Position numbers and translations under genes: made by a program. A stretch of 63,644 nucleotides of DNA, the filler included, from Octopus bimaculoides (Eukaryota), in assembly GCF_001194135.2 (NCBI RefSeq). It is 7 parts of 5 records of this genome, joined end to end, with 100 filler letters (N's around TTAATTAATTAA, not from the genome) between each part and the next. Parts side by side here need not be neighbours in the genome. Positions count along the whole stretch, not along the records: positions 1 to 28,274 come from NC_068995.1; 6 more parts are not named here. The stretch is one strand, 5' to 3'. This document shows positions 1 through 14,422 of the stretch, piece by piece. The notes beneath the pieces are model-generated. The model ran no database searches. It was not told where the DNA came from and was given only the letters and a program-made list of their open reading frames with translations. Numbering within the stretch: position 1 is the stretch's first letter; every line of letters starts with the position of its first letter.

Positions 1-10
1 TATATATATA

Positions 11-2353
11 GATCAAAATAGTTTGATTCAAATTCGTTGATGCGTGAAGCTAGTGGTCAGCTAGTGATTTGATTGTTATTACCCGTAAGGTGGGCTGCTA
101 TTGGTGGAGGAAGGTCACGCTTTGTCGTGGTTTGATGGTGGTATATGAATAACAGTTAGTTGAGAAATGCCTCATGGTGAACAGGAAATGGACCACGTGG
201 ACTGGAAATAAGCAACGTACCGATTACAAAATCGGTCAGGTTGTTAGGAGAAGTAGTAAGGGGTGACATGTGCAAGTAATATAGTTCTATACGTGGGTAT
301 GTGGACACGCTTATATGGTTTTGCCTGCATGTGTATATTGATGCGATCGTGCGCATCGGTTCATGGGTGTGCAGGTGCACGTGTGCACACACACACATAT
401 CCACCACTACATCTACGGATAAATTTCATCCACCACTACATATACGAATAATTTCGGCTTCAATTCCCGAAAGTGCTCCCCGCGTATGAAAGACCTTGAG
501 AACTTTGAGACTGACGTATGGAACATTGCAACGAAGGTAAGGATTCGGCATTATTCTAACCCCTTCCTTAAATCCTTAAATGCTTATATGACTAGCACTA
601 AAATATCCCCCAACAGACACACTTTCGCAATCAAAATAAAGAACATTTACGAAATGAACAATTCCACACACTCAAGACGTCTTAAAAGTGCCGTCACCAA
701 AACATACAACAAAACCCGTAATTCCATATACAATAACATAAACGCAGAAGATCGCATAGGCTGCCTCGCCACATGACCCTTCCCCCATATTACACTTTTG
801 GTCCATAAGCGTAACTTCCCCTCCAATGCCAAATGCAGGCTGATCGACCCCTCTAAAAGTCAGATAGGTATTATTAGCAAACCTATTCTCGATACTATCA
901 ACTCAGACATCAAAAGAGTTACAGGGTTGATTCAATGGAACGCCAGCGCAGCCGAGGTCGACTGGTTTCGCGGTATCAAGAATAAATCATCCTGTATATT
1001 CCCGCAGTTCGACATTGTTGACTTCTACCCTTTCATATCTAAACTCCTCCTTCTGAAAAGCCTAACTTTTGCTGACCAATACACCAGCATTACTGACCTT
1101 GACATCCGAATTCACATGAATTCCAGAAAGTCGATTTTAGCCCACAATGATTCGTTCTGGGTGTAAAAGGAAGGTGATCCGTTGTTCGACGTCTCTATGG
1201 GGAGCTTTGACGGGGATGAAATCTCCGACCTTATCGGGTTATACATCTCCGATATCCTAAAGAGACGTACTCACCCACATAGTTCGGCCCTCTGTATAGG
1301 GACGAAGGTCTGGTTATCTCAAGCCATATGAACGGCCACATCATGGACAAGTTCAGGGAGGACTTAGAGAAATCTTTAAGGAGTTCGGCCTATCCATAAC
1401 CGTTACCACCAACCTGAGTACGGTCGATTTCTTGGACGTAATCTTAGACCTGAGTACGGGCATGTATTACCCGTACAGGAAGCCTAGCGTGGATGCAGTA
1501 TACACCCAAAAGAGCTCAAATCATCTCCCCGCGGTAATTAGAAACCTGGTTCCAGGCACTAGTAAAATACTATCTAATCTGTCGGCCAATAGTGAGAGCT
1601 TTAACAGATCCGCCCTCCACCCCAACGATGTTTTCGCTAGGAGCGGGTTTACAGAGAAGCTCACGTATGTGGACAATCTCCACACACCTTTTCCCCAACC
1701 CTAAAGGATAGGAGAAGGAAAATTAAATGGAATAACCTTAGTTTCAACATAGAACTCACCACCAACGTAGCTAATAGAGAAACACTTCCCCAGTGGCCTT
1801 AAGTTTTACAAAATCTTCAACCTCTACCCATGATGTCAAGGTGAGCTACTCCTGGTTAGAAAAAATCGCATTCAACATCGCACGCATCAACAGACGTAAA
1901 AATACACCCACACCACTCCCAACCCCAACCTGCAACTGCCGAAACTCCACATGCATGCGTACATGCATGCGAATATACGTATGTATATATGAATATTTAC
2001 GGATGTGTGTATGCGTGTGTATGTGTGCCTGTGTGCGTATGCGTGTGTATGTGTGTGCACGCGCGCGTGTTCGCCTAAACCCGTGTGTGCGCAGACGTGC
2101 GCCTGCGCGGCCATGTAGAGACGCGTATACTCGCATCATTACACACATACAAGTAAAACCATATGAGCGTGTCTGTTCATCATGCGGTATTTTCTATATA
2201 CCAACATCAAAACGCGACACCGCGTGACATTAATCGACATACCAACCGCAGCCCACCTTATGGTAATAAAATTCGACTTCAGTCAATCTAATTCAAAATG
2301 GCTGACGACTAGCATCACGACTACCGACGATTTTGAATCAAACTGTTTTGATC
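11..2353 (+). mobile_element. Decayed Penelope-like retroelement (RT with YRDD-type motif, probably Naiad-like) flanked by inverted terminal repeats
   Basis: Same-frame ORF pieces 486-776 and 798-1166 read KCRLIDPSKSQIG...QFDIVDFYP...; they continue LFDVSMGSFDGDEISDLIGLY and, after a frameshift, YRDEGL (1295-1312), then FLDVILDLSTGMYYPYRKP and VKVSYS...TCNCRN. These are PLE RT/thumb/linker motifs by recall. Stops and frameshifts are present and no GIY-YIG domain is seen. Positions 11-32 and 2332-2353 are a 21/22 inverted match. Confidence 0.8.
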
Positions 2354-2487
2354 CATACATGTAACTCCTAGTATATTTGTTGAGTGCCCTTCTTTCGTTT
2401 GTCCACTCACTCGTATGTATATATGAGATGGAATAATTGACTGCTAAATAAATCCGGATCTAAATCTCTGTCCCCCTTTATAATAGA

Positions 2488-2496
2488 TTCTCTCTC

Positions 2497-2540
<44 letters not shown>
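2488..2540. repeat. (TC)n microsatellite
   Basis: Direct reading; representative of many (TC)n/(GA)n tracts, e.g. 9644-9702, 19524-19578, 31797-31860, 63604-63644. Confidence 0.95.
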
Positions 2541-2544
<4 letters not shown>

Positions 2545-4254
2545 ATCTGAGAGACAGTGTTCGATTCCCTGCTGGCATCTTTATTCTCCGTCTGCTAGGG
2601 ATATTTACCAAAGTTTCTAGGCTCATTTCTCAGCTATACTGCATTCGAAATTTACCTTATTTTCTGTAACACACACCCACGCACACATTTAAGAGAGCGT
2701 GTGCGAAGAAGAGAAGGAAAGCTATAGACCAGTTGAAATCTACTTGAGAGATAATTGAAACTGTAAAAGCTTTATTACAAATTGTCGTAGTGAACAAATA
2801 TACATTTAATGCAAAAGAGTTTTAAAACAACATAGGCAGCTCAGATCGTTCTCTTTTAAACTGATTGATGTATTTCGAACTAGTTTAAAAAAAATTTTTT
2901 TAACTATTTATATCAGCAGAAAAGGCTCCCAGCTGACTAGAAAGCCTTGCTTTCCATATCGTATAACAGTAAAGACCTTGAAGTACATCAGGCTCCAGGT
3001 GTGCGAAGCAATGACGGAAAGAATACAAACGTAAGACCAGTCGCCTCCCTTGCTGTCAGGTTGTGAAGAGAACTGAGAGACTGGAATTGCATCCATTAGT
3101 CCAACAATGGTATTTCTGAATACGTTTTAATCTTAAGCAAGAACATATTCTCAACCACACATACACACACTCACAAATCAATATTCGTCAACACCAAATA
3201 TCGTCACATTAAAACAATTATTTTATTTAAAATAATTTTATTTCATAAAACATTCAAGAAGCATAACTTATTGACCAAGTAAAGATAAATATCTGATTTG
3301 CTATTGGAGACAGGGAAATGAATTTACGAGCAAAATATCTTTTCTTAGCTTCTGAAAATTCTTTCTGTCTTTGCTCATGCTAACGCAAATAAGCCCTTTA
3401 TGAGTGAAAATATATGAAAGCAAAGCTTAGACTATTGAAGTCATCATAGGATATCTGTTAACATGCAATAAGTTAAGACGAAATAATAACGATTATCTGA
3501 CCTGAAACCATGTGTGACAATGCTTGGTATTGTAGAGGACATTATAATGTCAAGGATGCATCAAGAATCGTAAGAAGTTTTATATCACTGATTGGAAATA
3601 TTTTTAGTACGCGATTTGTCAGTAAGTAAAGAATATTAGCATTTTAGTAAGGGCAGTTTGTGCTGTGCTTTTTTCAAATTTATTTTTTGCCAGTGTTCTT
3701 TTTTTTTTTTTAGCTGGATTTCCTCCTAACGATGGAACACCAGAACATAGAAAATGTATAACCTGGAGTTGGCTGGTACTTATTTCTAGTTGAGTTGTAT
3801 GAAACAAAAATGAAATGAAACCCGCTTCTGAAGGAAAACCGAGAAGCTGTGCCAGGAATAGATTAAAAAAAAACTGTGATCATGATCCCAACATACCAAT
3901 CCATGAGACCATTAATATGTGTGTTTTTCGATATGTGCAAGTATATTGTGTGCATGTGTGTATATATAAACATAAATATGTATGCATTCGTACATAAAAA
4001 TGTGTGCTTGTATGTGGTAGATTTAACTATCAATGTCTAGATATCGATATCTGGGTATGTATATATGTATGTATGTATGTGTGTGTCTCAAGGCTTTCAC
4101 TCCACACGTCAGCTCAACTGTGATGATAATTTGGAAACTGGACTAATGAATACGTCTTGTTTTTTTCCTGTCCATATTTGTATCGTCTATTTGGCCGTAT
4201 GATTTTATTAGAGATAGATAGATAGATACATATATACATATATATATACACATA

Positions 4255-4267
4255 AATGTGGGTGCGC

Positions 4268-4306
<39 letters not shown>

Positions 4307-4389
4307 CATATGAGTGTGTTCATATGTATATATATGTATAGTATTCATATATATGTTCATGCATATATTATACACACACACATACACAA

Positions 4390-4487
<98 letters not shown>

Positions 4488-4502
4488 ATATATATATATA
4501 TA

Positions 4503-4533
<31 letters not shown>

Positions 4534-4560
4534 CATATATACATATTTATATATATGCAT
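4255..4560. repeat. Compound (TA)n/(CA)n microsatellite
   Basis: Direct reading; such tracts border most N gaps and generate the spurious YI/HT ORFs. Confidence 0.95.
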
Positions 4561-5675
4561 ATATAAATATCTAGATACATAGGTAATTAGGTATAGAAAG
4601 AGACACACGCACACATTGATGCAGAGATAAATACATAGACAGATAAAGAAAAAGAGATTGATGGGACAATGTGACAGATTCAAGTGTTTATGTAAACATA
4701 CGCACGTATGAAAATACGCTCACATATCGCATATTTATACATACATACACGCATTCTTACGAACATAGACACATGCATATACATATGCATATACAGAGGT
4801 ACACACATACACTAATTACATTTGAATCACCTGAAACACATGCACACACACACACACACACGCACGCACAGATATCTATATATACATACACATATATATA
4901 TATATTTATTTAAAAGATTGTGGGATTGCATGTGTCCATACGGAGGGAGTCAATGTGTGCGTAGTGGTGCATATATGCATATAACCTATATTTGCAATGA
5001 TATGAAGATTCACGTGGTTAAAACACGCACATTTACCATCAATTATAAAGAGAGATGAGTTACACACTTCTCTAAACATAATTATTAGCAGAAACTCTGT
5101 GGCTATAATGATTTATATTGCATAGTTAGAAACTGAACTCAATATTAGAAACCGAAGGGAATATTAGAGCAAGCCTTTCGCTTTGCTCACGCTACAATCC
5201 CAAACATTGTCACGCACATATCCAGGCCATGTAATCATTCTATTTGATTTCAGTTTCGGTCTTCTGGATGTTAACGGACTTCGCATAACGACCTCAATAC
5301 TCCATCTTGTATCATTATTTTCGGCAAAACGATTTGATTTGACAGAAATGTAACAAAGTAATGTTGTTGATGTATGATACTTTATTCAGTGTCTGGTAAA
5401 TTTTTAATCAAACGCTGATTTGTCTAACCGGTGCCAATGAATATGTTAGGGATTATCAAAATCGGTTGAGTGTAGAACTAAATAATTTGGAATTTGCTAT
5501 GTGCTATGTAACTCTTTGGTCAAATCACATCGAGATTTATTTCCCTATTCTCCCCTCTGAGGAAAAAAATAAATACTAGGCAATAGTAGGATTGGGTTGG
5601 TCGATTTTACCGCTCATGAAATTTTGTAGACTTGAATTTAGTGAAAAAAAAGGATGTATTAATATTGATGGTATT

Positions 5676-5835
5676 TAAGGCATTGAGTTGGCGAAATTGT
5701 TACAACACCAGACACGATGTTTAGTGGCATTTCCTTACGTACTGACTTCAAGTCCCGCCGAAATCGACTTTGACTTTCATCCTATCGACATCGATAAGAT
5801 ATCAGTTCAACACTAGGGTTTACGTAATCGACCTA
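5676..5835 (+). mobile_element. Old copy of the GTCGACTTTGCCTTTCATCC-core SINE (family S1)
   Basis: aaatcgactttgactttcatcctatcgacatcgataag matches the core of better copies at 32973 and 38871. Confidence 0.6.
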
Positions 5836-5964
5836 TTTCTTCTCTAAAATTGCTGCGCTCGTACTAAAATTCGAAACCAGTTTTAATATTGCTATTTTGC
5901 TCTTGTTATCATCATGAACATCTTCATCATCACCATTTTTATTATAAAAGTATTACATGCTACT

Positions 5965-8420
5965 TTAGTTAACTGAGATGTTGTCTCGAGGTTTGGTAAC
6001 AAGATTAAAATCTGAGGAATCTTTTATTGGGATCATTGCGAAATATATGATAGCGCTTTTCCTCTCAGGTCAAAAAAGTGTCGCAATTCCAGTATACTGC
6101 CGTCTGATAAGCAGCAATTTGGATGTTGTGCCCAGAATTCCAATTACTTTGAAAGGCAATTGTCCTCTTCCTTCTCCACACGTTTTCCATCTGTCTGGTT
6201 AAGCCCCGATGTTTCAAAATACTCCCACTTTTTTGTGTATCCACTTTGCTTTTGCAAAGTCTGCTATTTTATACCGTTCCATTCTTTTATCCTTTACAAT
6301 CATATTTGGTCTCCTTGCTTCAAATGTTTGATCAGTCTTTATGGTGAAATCCAATAAAATCGTATAATTATTATTCATCATCACAGTCTCTGACTCATGT
6401 TTACGCCACATTTCTGCCGCTTTAAATCAACACACTCGTTTATCATCACCATGATTGAGTTTACAATCATTTCTGTGCTAGCTTACTACATACTCTTAAG
6501 AGACGACTGACACTTTCGTTTTTCTTTTCCACATACTCTTTTTTTATTCTGAAATTTTTCAATCTTGAAAGGCTATAGAATTTTGTTGTCAATCTTTGCC
6601 TTTATCAGATTTTTTTTAAAGGTTTGTTCTTGAGCGGCTATAATTAGCGATTCTGCTTCTTGTTTCTGCCGTCAACCAATGCTAGCAAGCTTCACTTCTA
6701 GCATTTTCGGTTTGTTGCGGGAATTGCCTATTCAGTTCCATTTCTTTCTATTTGTTTATTCTGTTGTTCTTCCATTTCTCTTTGAATCATTCTACTGTTT
6801 CTGTCATTTTGGGGTATCTCTGGCTGCCAAAAGTATTCTTTATTTTGAATAACATAATTTTCCAGACCCAGTATCGCAGTGTCAACAGTGTTTTCCGCAT
6901 TTAGTAGTGCCGTACCACCTTCCCTTCTTGCCAGATAGATAGAGTGTAATGTGCATTGCTAACAGCTTATTATTTCTCTTAAGTTCTGTATCTCTATCTT
7001 TGTCCATTTCACAAAGGGGGCAGAGTCCCTCACTACAGGCATTGCCATGTGTTTATGGCTTTTGCGATGTTCCTCCATTTAATTTCTATTCCTAATTCTC
7101 CTTTTATACTCTTTGATGGCTTTCTCTCTCATTTCTCTTTCCATTATCTTATAGTCTTGCATCACTCCTAGGTATTTGTATCCCGCATCATACCATAGCG
7201 ATCGAGGGATATCGTCATTCGGTAATCTTATGCCATTAGACTTTGTATTTCTGTGGATTTTTTTTTTTGTGTGATAAGATCATTTAATAGAGTTATGTGA
7301 AAATGAACAATATATTGCTGAGCGAGACGAGAATCTTTGCTGTAGTAACTCACGGGAACCACAGACACGGTTCGCGTTTCTTAATGCTTGTCCATTCCGT
7401 GACCTGATTGTCACTTGCTTAAACATGCTTCTTTATACAGGAAACAGTGAATGCTGTATGCACTCTTTCATGCATATCGAAGCATACATCAATTTGTTGT
7501 ATCACACACAGGCGTTGAATAAGTCTTGGTAAACGTTGGGAACAAGACCTCTACTGGGCACTGAAGCAGAATTTCAGATGCAAGTCAGTATCTGCTACTA
7601 AGCAATATACTACAGATTGGTTCATTCATGTCCAACTAAGTCGTTGGACGTGATGGATTTTGTTTTGGCTAAGGTTTTGCTCGGTTACTGAGTGGTTCAC
7701 GTTTTGGGGAATAAAAATGTTTCTTTCAGGCAAGTGTTCGCATTTGCCGCTTCTCTTGTGAAAGCGCTTCGTAGAAAATCCAAAGGGATCCTTATCTATT
7801 TCCCTTCATCTGCGCCCTTCTGTTCTGCAAAAAGTGATGAACTTCTTCATCAGAATATCTCACATCTCCCTATGTGTCTGTCGTAACACTTAAATGGCTT
7901 CCATAAACTGCTGCATATGAGTCCCCAATCCCTTCTTCAGTTATATTTTAGTGGAGGTTGTAAGAGAATTCTTCTTATAACCAACTTGAAAGAAGACGAA
8001 TGTAGCCAAATCTAGAAGACTAAATGATGATCGTTTTCATACCGTTCAGACCACTATCACTAACACCATTATATGTTATATAGAGGACTCGGCACACATA
8101 TTCAAATAATTGCCACTCATACTGGTTTCCTAGAAGTCATTTGATCTGACAAACTACTCATCATAATATCGAGAATCAGTTGTGGTAATGCTTCTCTTGC
8201 TTCTCACACGGATGTAATTCTAGGTTTTGCAATTGTCTGCTTTTATCCAGGCACTTCATTATGACCTGATGGATATTTTGAAAGTACCACTCTTGCATCA
8301 TGTATTCATTGTTCTATTTCCGTTTGCTCGGGTCGAAATTGTAAATTCATCTTGTTGGAGATATTGTTCTCTTCATCTCTTAGCAATCCATGTGGGTAAG
8401 CTTTGTTGATTTGTCTTAAG
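5965..8420 (-). mobile_element. Decayed R4/Dong-type non-LTR retrotransposon (RT plus C-terminal restriction-like endonuclease)
   Basis: Minus-strand peptides WRKHESETVMMNNNYTILLDFTIKTDQTFEARRPNMIVKDK (6214-6411; RLE region, RPD-like motif) and YKYLGVMQDY (~7215-7245); many stops. Confidence 0.75.
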
Positions 8421-9221
8421 AAAGGGAAAAAAATCAATCATACAAATTTGGCTCCCCTCGCTATGGATGCCGTTTACTTTCTGCCAACTGACTTTCCAGT
8501 AGTCACCAACCTAACTTTTGTATGTCATCTCAGAGAACGACTAGGAGGCAATAACAATAATGATTCCGAGGACTTTCTCTCAACCCCCCTCTCTTCACTC
8601 TTTCTGCATATGTATGAGTGTGTTTGTATGTATTTCTCTGTGTGTGCATTTATATTGGCTTATGCATATATACATACATATTTATGGATTTCTTGTATAC
8701 ATATACACACTCATAAATATAAAGTATATTGTGTTCTCAATAATATATTTATAAGCCGTTCGGATATGTACAGCATGTGGAGTAGCGATACAATTATGGC
8801 AGGAAGAGAGAAATATAATGTTACGAAAGACAATCTTAGATAATGACAAGGGTGGAAAATATGGAAGCGGTATAGCTGCTTGATGAATTGAAGCGATTCA
8901 CCACCTTGGTCTAATGTGGAATGACCATGTCGTTCCACTTTCGACCTTATATTGCACCACCTTCTTCCTTCAATGACTCATCTATGTGTGTGCGTGTATG
9001 TGCCCGTGCGTGATAGTACAAGTTCGCCAAGTAATAAGAGCGTCAAAGAAATAGTTCTTACTCAGTGTCTAGAAAGCAGTGAGGCAATGAAAATCAATGT
9101 TAGAATTTCATAATCAATGACACTTATGAGAAAAAATGCTTGATAGAATATTTCGTCCACATAAAACAATAATATGATGAATAAGAGAACGTGTGAATTG
9201 GATTCAAATGTTGTCACTAGG

Positions 9222-9413
9222 TCAGTAAGTTTGGGGAACGGAGTAAGTCGGCCACATAGATCTCAGCACTCAATTAATATTTACTTACTTTATCAACCCT
9301 GATAGTGTAAAATGCAAAATCGACCTTAGTGGCGTTTGAACTCACAACCTAAAGACAGACAAGATCTTGTTTAGCACTTTTGCCGAGCATGCTAACGATT
9401 TTCCAGCTCGCCA
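9222..9413 (-). mobile_element. Old S1 SINE copy
   Basis: Reverse complement begins gtggcgagctggaaaatcgttagcatgctcggc, as in the S1 head; the core is diverged. Confidence 0.6.
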
Positions 9414-9640
9414 CTCGAGATACATTCGATTGGGTATTAAAGGGAAATAACCTCTGAAAATGTATTGCAATAAAAAGACACTGATGAAATATTAATGCAA
9501 TGTACGACATAACCTCGAGAGTGTTTAATGTTTTCTACAAATCGAAATAATCATATTTCTTCCCCTTTTATAAAATATATTTGTATATTTTATATAATGA
9601 ATCCAATATTTTTGTTATCCGTCTTGTTAATTTTATTCTT

Positions 9641-9708
<68 letters not shown>

Positions 9709-12700
9709 CTTTTTATTTCGCTTTTCTACCTTCTATTCCTTCATTCTTTCTTTAATATTTCATTCCTGTCATTTTGCTCGTTCGTTTTCAGATTCCATGT
9801 ATCATTTCTTATTCTCTATATCTTTCTCATATCATACACCACGGTTGGATATATATTTTCCGAATTTTTACGTCATATTTCAATCTACTTCATTGATTTT
9901 ATTCCTTTAGGTGTTATTTCGCTTCCTTTCAATTTGATGTTTCCTGCTTTCAATATCAGTATTAATAATGCTCACCTGACATTTTACGCAGCATGCACAA
10001 CTTGATTTATCAACAACCCTGCCCAATTTGTCACCGGAAAAAAAACTATGATATATATATATATATATATANNNNNNNNNNNNNNNNNNNNNNNNNNNNN
10101 NNNNNNNNNNNNNNNNNNNNNNNNNNNNNNNNNNNNNNNNNNNNNNNNNNNNNNNNNNNNNNNNNNNNNNNNNNNNNNNNNNNNNNNNNNNNNNNNNNNN
10201 NNNNNNNNNNNNNNNNNNNNNNNNNNNNNNNNNNNNNNNNNNNNNNNNNNNNNNNNNNNNNNNNNNNNNNNNNNNNNNNNNNNNNNNNNNNNNNNNNNNN
10301 NNNNNNNNNNNNNNNNNNNNNNNNNNNNNNNNNNNNNNNNNNNNNNNNNNNNNNNNNNNNNNNNNNNNNNNNNNNNNNNNNNNNNNNNNNNNNNNNNNNN
10401 NNNNNNNNNNNNNNNNNNNNNNNNNNNNNNNNNNNNNNNNNNNNNNNNNNNATATATATATATATATATATATATATATACGTATATACATATATGCATA
10501 TAGACACACATATATATACATTTATATTTATGTATATATACACATATATATACAAACATTTTTATGTGTATGCATCCGTATATATGGCCACTATGTTTCG
10601 CAGTTTCTCATCGATGATCCTGTGTTGATCCGACAACAGCAGGATTTGTTAAATAATCATAGGTAACAAATAACCAAATGTCAAGGTTTAATTCATAACG
10701 TAAACCGTAGGATGAATGACATGAAATTATAGGAATAGAAAGCAAAAAGAGGGTTTTTGTTTTGGAGAAAATGTCGCAAAGCCGCTGGAATTAAAATGCA
10801 ATATTAATTATTAAGAAAAATGGAAAGAATTGCAAGAAATAAAAATAAATATTTAGACAATATAAATAATAATTCATTAATAAAATAGATAAATATAATG
10901 TAATATTTAATTAAATTGGAAATATGAAAGCAAAAACTAAATGAATACAATAATGAAAATCTAAAAGGCAAATATCAAATAAAACAGAAAATGTTAGAAT
11001 CAGTGAAAACCATAATTAGAAATTAATTAAAAAGAAACTGTTTTGACGTTCGTTTATGACATAAGAATAACAGATAAAATTTTGATTTAGCAACTTTAAA
11101 GAAAACAAAAGAGCAACAAAAATAAAACGATAGAAAATAAAATGTAAACCGACACAGGCAAAAGAGCAAAAGTAAATTGAAATTTTGCCTAACAGAGAAC
11201 TTCAGCCTTTCCTTATAGTTTTTCTTTCCTTCACGTAATTGTTGTTATTTTATTCTTGTTCTTTAAAATGTTGTTTCTTATATTATTATTGTATTGCTAT
11301 TTTTTTTGTATTTTTTATTGAAGTTATTATTACTGTTGTTGCTTTCATTGTTGCTGTTCTTATTGTTCAGTCTCATTTCTCTATATTTATTTATTGTTTT
11401 CGTATTCTTCACATTGACTCGCTTGCTTGTTTGTATGTTGTTATCAATTTACTGTTTGTTTTCTGATTACTCGAATCCAACGTAGATTTTCAAATTGATT
11501 TTGCCGATAGCTTTCGGTTGGCACGTGCTGTTTCTTGCTGCATTTCTTACTGTTTATTGTAGTTGTGGTTTATGCTGTTATTGTTGTTCGTGATGACAAT
11601 GATGATGATCATCATCGTGACGACGACGACGATGATAATGGTGATGGTAGTGGTGGGGTTGATGGGGGTGATGATGACGATGACGATGACGATGATGATG
11701 ATAAAGTTGAATTTAATTGGGTTTTGTAGTTGTTGTTTTTGTTGCTCTTTGGATTGTTGTTGTTGCTCAAATTTATTTTTTCTTTTATTTTAACATTGCT
11801 AAGTCTAATGTTGTCAATTCTATCGATGTCGTTGTTATCGCTGTTCTTGTTATTTTGGTTGTTGTTGCTGTTGCTTTTGTTGCAGGTATTATTTCTCTGT
11901 TGTTACTGTAGTACTGTTTTGCTGCAACAAAAAACCGTTTTTGTTATTGCTGTCGCCGTCGCAGCTTTTGCTCTTTATATTTATTTTTCCATTTAAGAAT
12001 CTTGATTTTATGTTGCTTTCTACTGTTGCCTCATCTAATGAGCGGAACATGTTGAAGTGTACCTGTGTGGAATTTTTGAGTCCCTGACCTAGTTTCGAAT
12101 CCAAGCGGGGATCAAGTTAGGGAACTCACTAATCACTCAGAAGAAAAAAAAAACTAAAACGATGAAGCCTTCTAGAAAACGGTGAGCCTTCTAGAAATAG
12201 CAGCTAAGTCTCCCACGCATCATTGCATTCAGTACAAAACATGGGGAGCTATACATGGATACGAAACTCCTGAATATTTCATATACAAAACGTTATGATT
12301 TTAACACATATGGTGTACATTCAGATCTATTCAAGGGTTAAACAGCACACAATAAGGCAAATATATTTCAGTTTAAAATGATTACGTGGTTAGCATAAGG
12401 GTCATCTAATTCGTCAGTAATTTCACTCATTGCTCATAATAAAAGTATAATTCGTTCGGGTGTAAACGCCACCTCACCTTATATGTTAATCTTACGATTA
12501 CTTGTCTGTATAAGAAATTGCTATGCGTGCCAATTACAGAAGATGATTTGCTCTTTGGATTGTAATTCTTCTGTTAACACTTGGACTAGTGTTTCAAATT
12601 CATAAAAAATAATGATGCGGATGATTGTGCTCATGAATGATGTCAATCAAGATAATGATAATGTTAATTAGAAATAAAACCACAATGTTTATTGTTATCA

Positions 12701-12943
12701 ATTGATATTTGCCGTTGATGATGATACGTAATTTGCATGTAAGAATATAGATAGGTGTGTGTATTATAAGTTTGTTTAAAATAAATAAATAAGTACGTTT
12801 ATATCTATATACATACATATATATATGTATATAAATAACATAAATAATATATATATATATATATATATATATGCATATATATATTAAGGTGCTGCTCCAG
12901 CATGACCACAGTCAAATGACAGAAACAAGTAAGAGAATAAAAG

Positions 12944-13001
<58 letters not shown>

Positions 13002-13090
13002 NNNNNNNNNNNNNNNNNNNNNNNNNNNNNNNNNNNNNNNNNNNNNNNNNNNNNNNNNNNNNNNNNNNNNNNNNNNNNNNNNNNNNNNNN

Positions 13091-13135
<45 letters not shown>

Positions 13136-14098
13136 CACACACATACATATATGAGTACAGGACGTCACCAACAGTAAACAACATGAAATATGAAAACAAA
13201 TGAGTTTAATACGTGAACAACGAAAGAAACAAATGGGGAACAAGACAAGTAACACAAATAACGACCCTTCATCATTGTCGGCTATCTATCTACTCTTCAT
13301 TTCGAGCATTGGACGACAATATGAGTCTTCGAAGACAGTTGTCCTCATAAATTTGGAACTTACGAAGGGTGGAAGTTGGGAAAGAACATAGGACAGTGGA
13401 TAAATACAAGGAAGACGAAACAAAAAAAAACAACTTGGTGGGTCTTTAGACTAGAACGAAGGTAAAATAGCGAACGCTGGAGAAAGATTTTCCTCGACAA
13501 TAGAAAAGATAGAAGCGAAAGATAGGATATAGCCTCTCCTAAGGACAGTCCTGAAAGAAAAGAAAGATGATCACGAGAGGAAAAGAAAGATGGGCGATGG
13601 TCATGTGTGAGCAACGAAAGAGAGAAAAGGAGAGGAGGGGAGAGCGAGTCATAGAAAATGGTGAAGTGGAGAAAAAACGGAATTAGAGAAAGGATGAGAG
13701 AGAAAACGATGGGAGAGAAAACAGTATAGAGTTGAGTCGCATCAAAAAGATTAAGATAAGCGTATTTGGAAATGGATGCGTGGCGTTCAATCAAATAATA
13801 ATATAAATCATATGTATGTGTGTGTATATGCATGTATAAGTGTATTGATGTATGTATGAATATATCCGTATGTATATATTCGTGTACTTACATGTGTATT
13901 GCACATTTATATTTGTGTGTATATAAATATTTATATATGTACGAATTCATGAATGTCTGCTCGTGTATAGGTGTGTTATACAAGTGTGTATACTTTTCGG
14001 TGTTAGCCTATGGGAACCTATTTTAGTGATTCGTTGCTAATGATGAACATGAGATGATACTGATATTATTGGGGCTGATAGTAAGGTGTGATGTTGAC

Positions 14099-14142
<44 letters not shown>

Positions 14143-14422
14143 CGGTGGTGGTGATGGTGATGGTGATGGTGTGGTGATGGTGATGGTGTGGTGATGGTGC
14201 TGATGATGGTAGTGGTGGTGATTTTTTCCAGCCGTGTGAGTGACATGGATAACAATGGTAACAATAGTTAATATAATGAGTATAATTGTACAATGCTAAT
14301 GAACACTTTAATAATGATAATGATTAAGACGACGTTTAAAGTGGTAGTTGAAATGTAGATAACGGCAAAAATGCTTGATGACATTATTGATGATGATGAC
14401 ACTATCGCTGGGTTTGATGATG

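Noticed and set aside
774-776. In-frame TGA in the Penelope-like ORF as possible selenocysteine (reported for some Naiad PLEs)
   Set aside because: It aligns to a non-Cys position (likely CGA to TGA decay), and the copy also has a TAA stop and frameshifts.
4114-4913. Long ORFs rich in YI/HT/CV, poly-I/N/L/Y or X throughout the ORF track
   Set aside because: They are translations of microsatellites and N gaps, not genes.
3714-5310. Plus-strand acceptor-like sites at 3713 and ~5254 followed by short open frames
   Set aside because: Donors are weak and the peptides are unrecognised; such sites are expected by chance in AT-rich DNA.
9976-10018. Minus-strand micro-exon VVDKSSCACCVKCQ with gtgagc donor
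   Set aside because: The acceptor is weak, no homolog is recognised and there is no partner exon.
11230-12000. Hydrophobic ORFs suggesting membrane proteins (also 41324-41796)
   Set aside because: They derive from degenerate (GTT/GAT)n low-complexity sequence.
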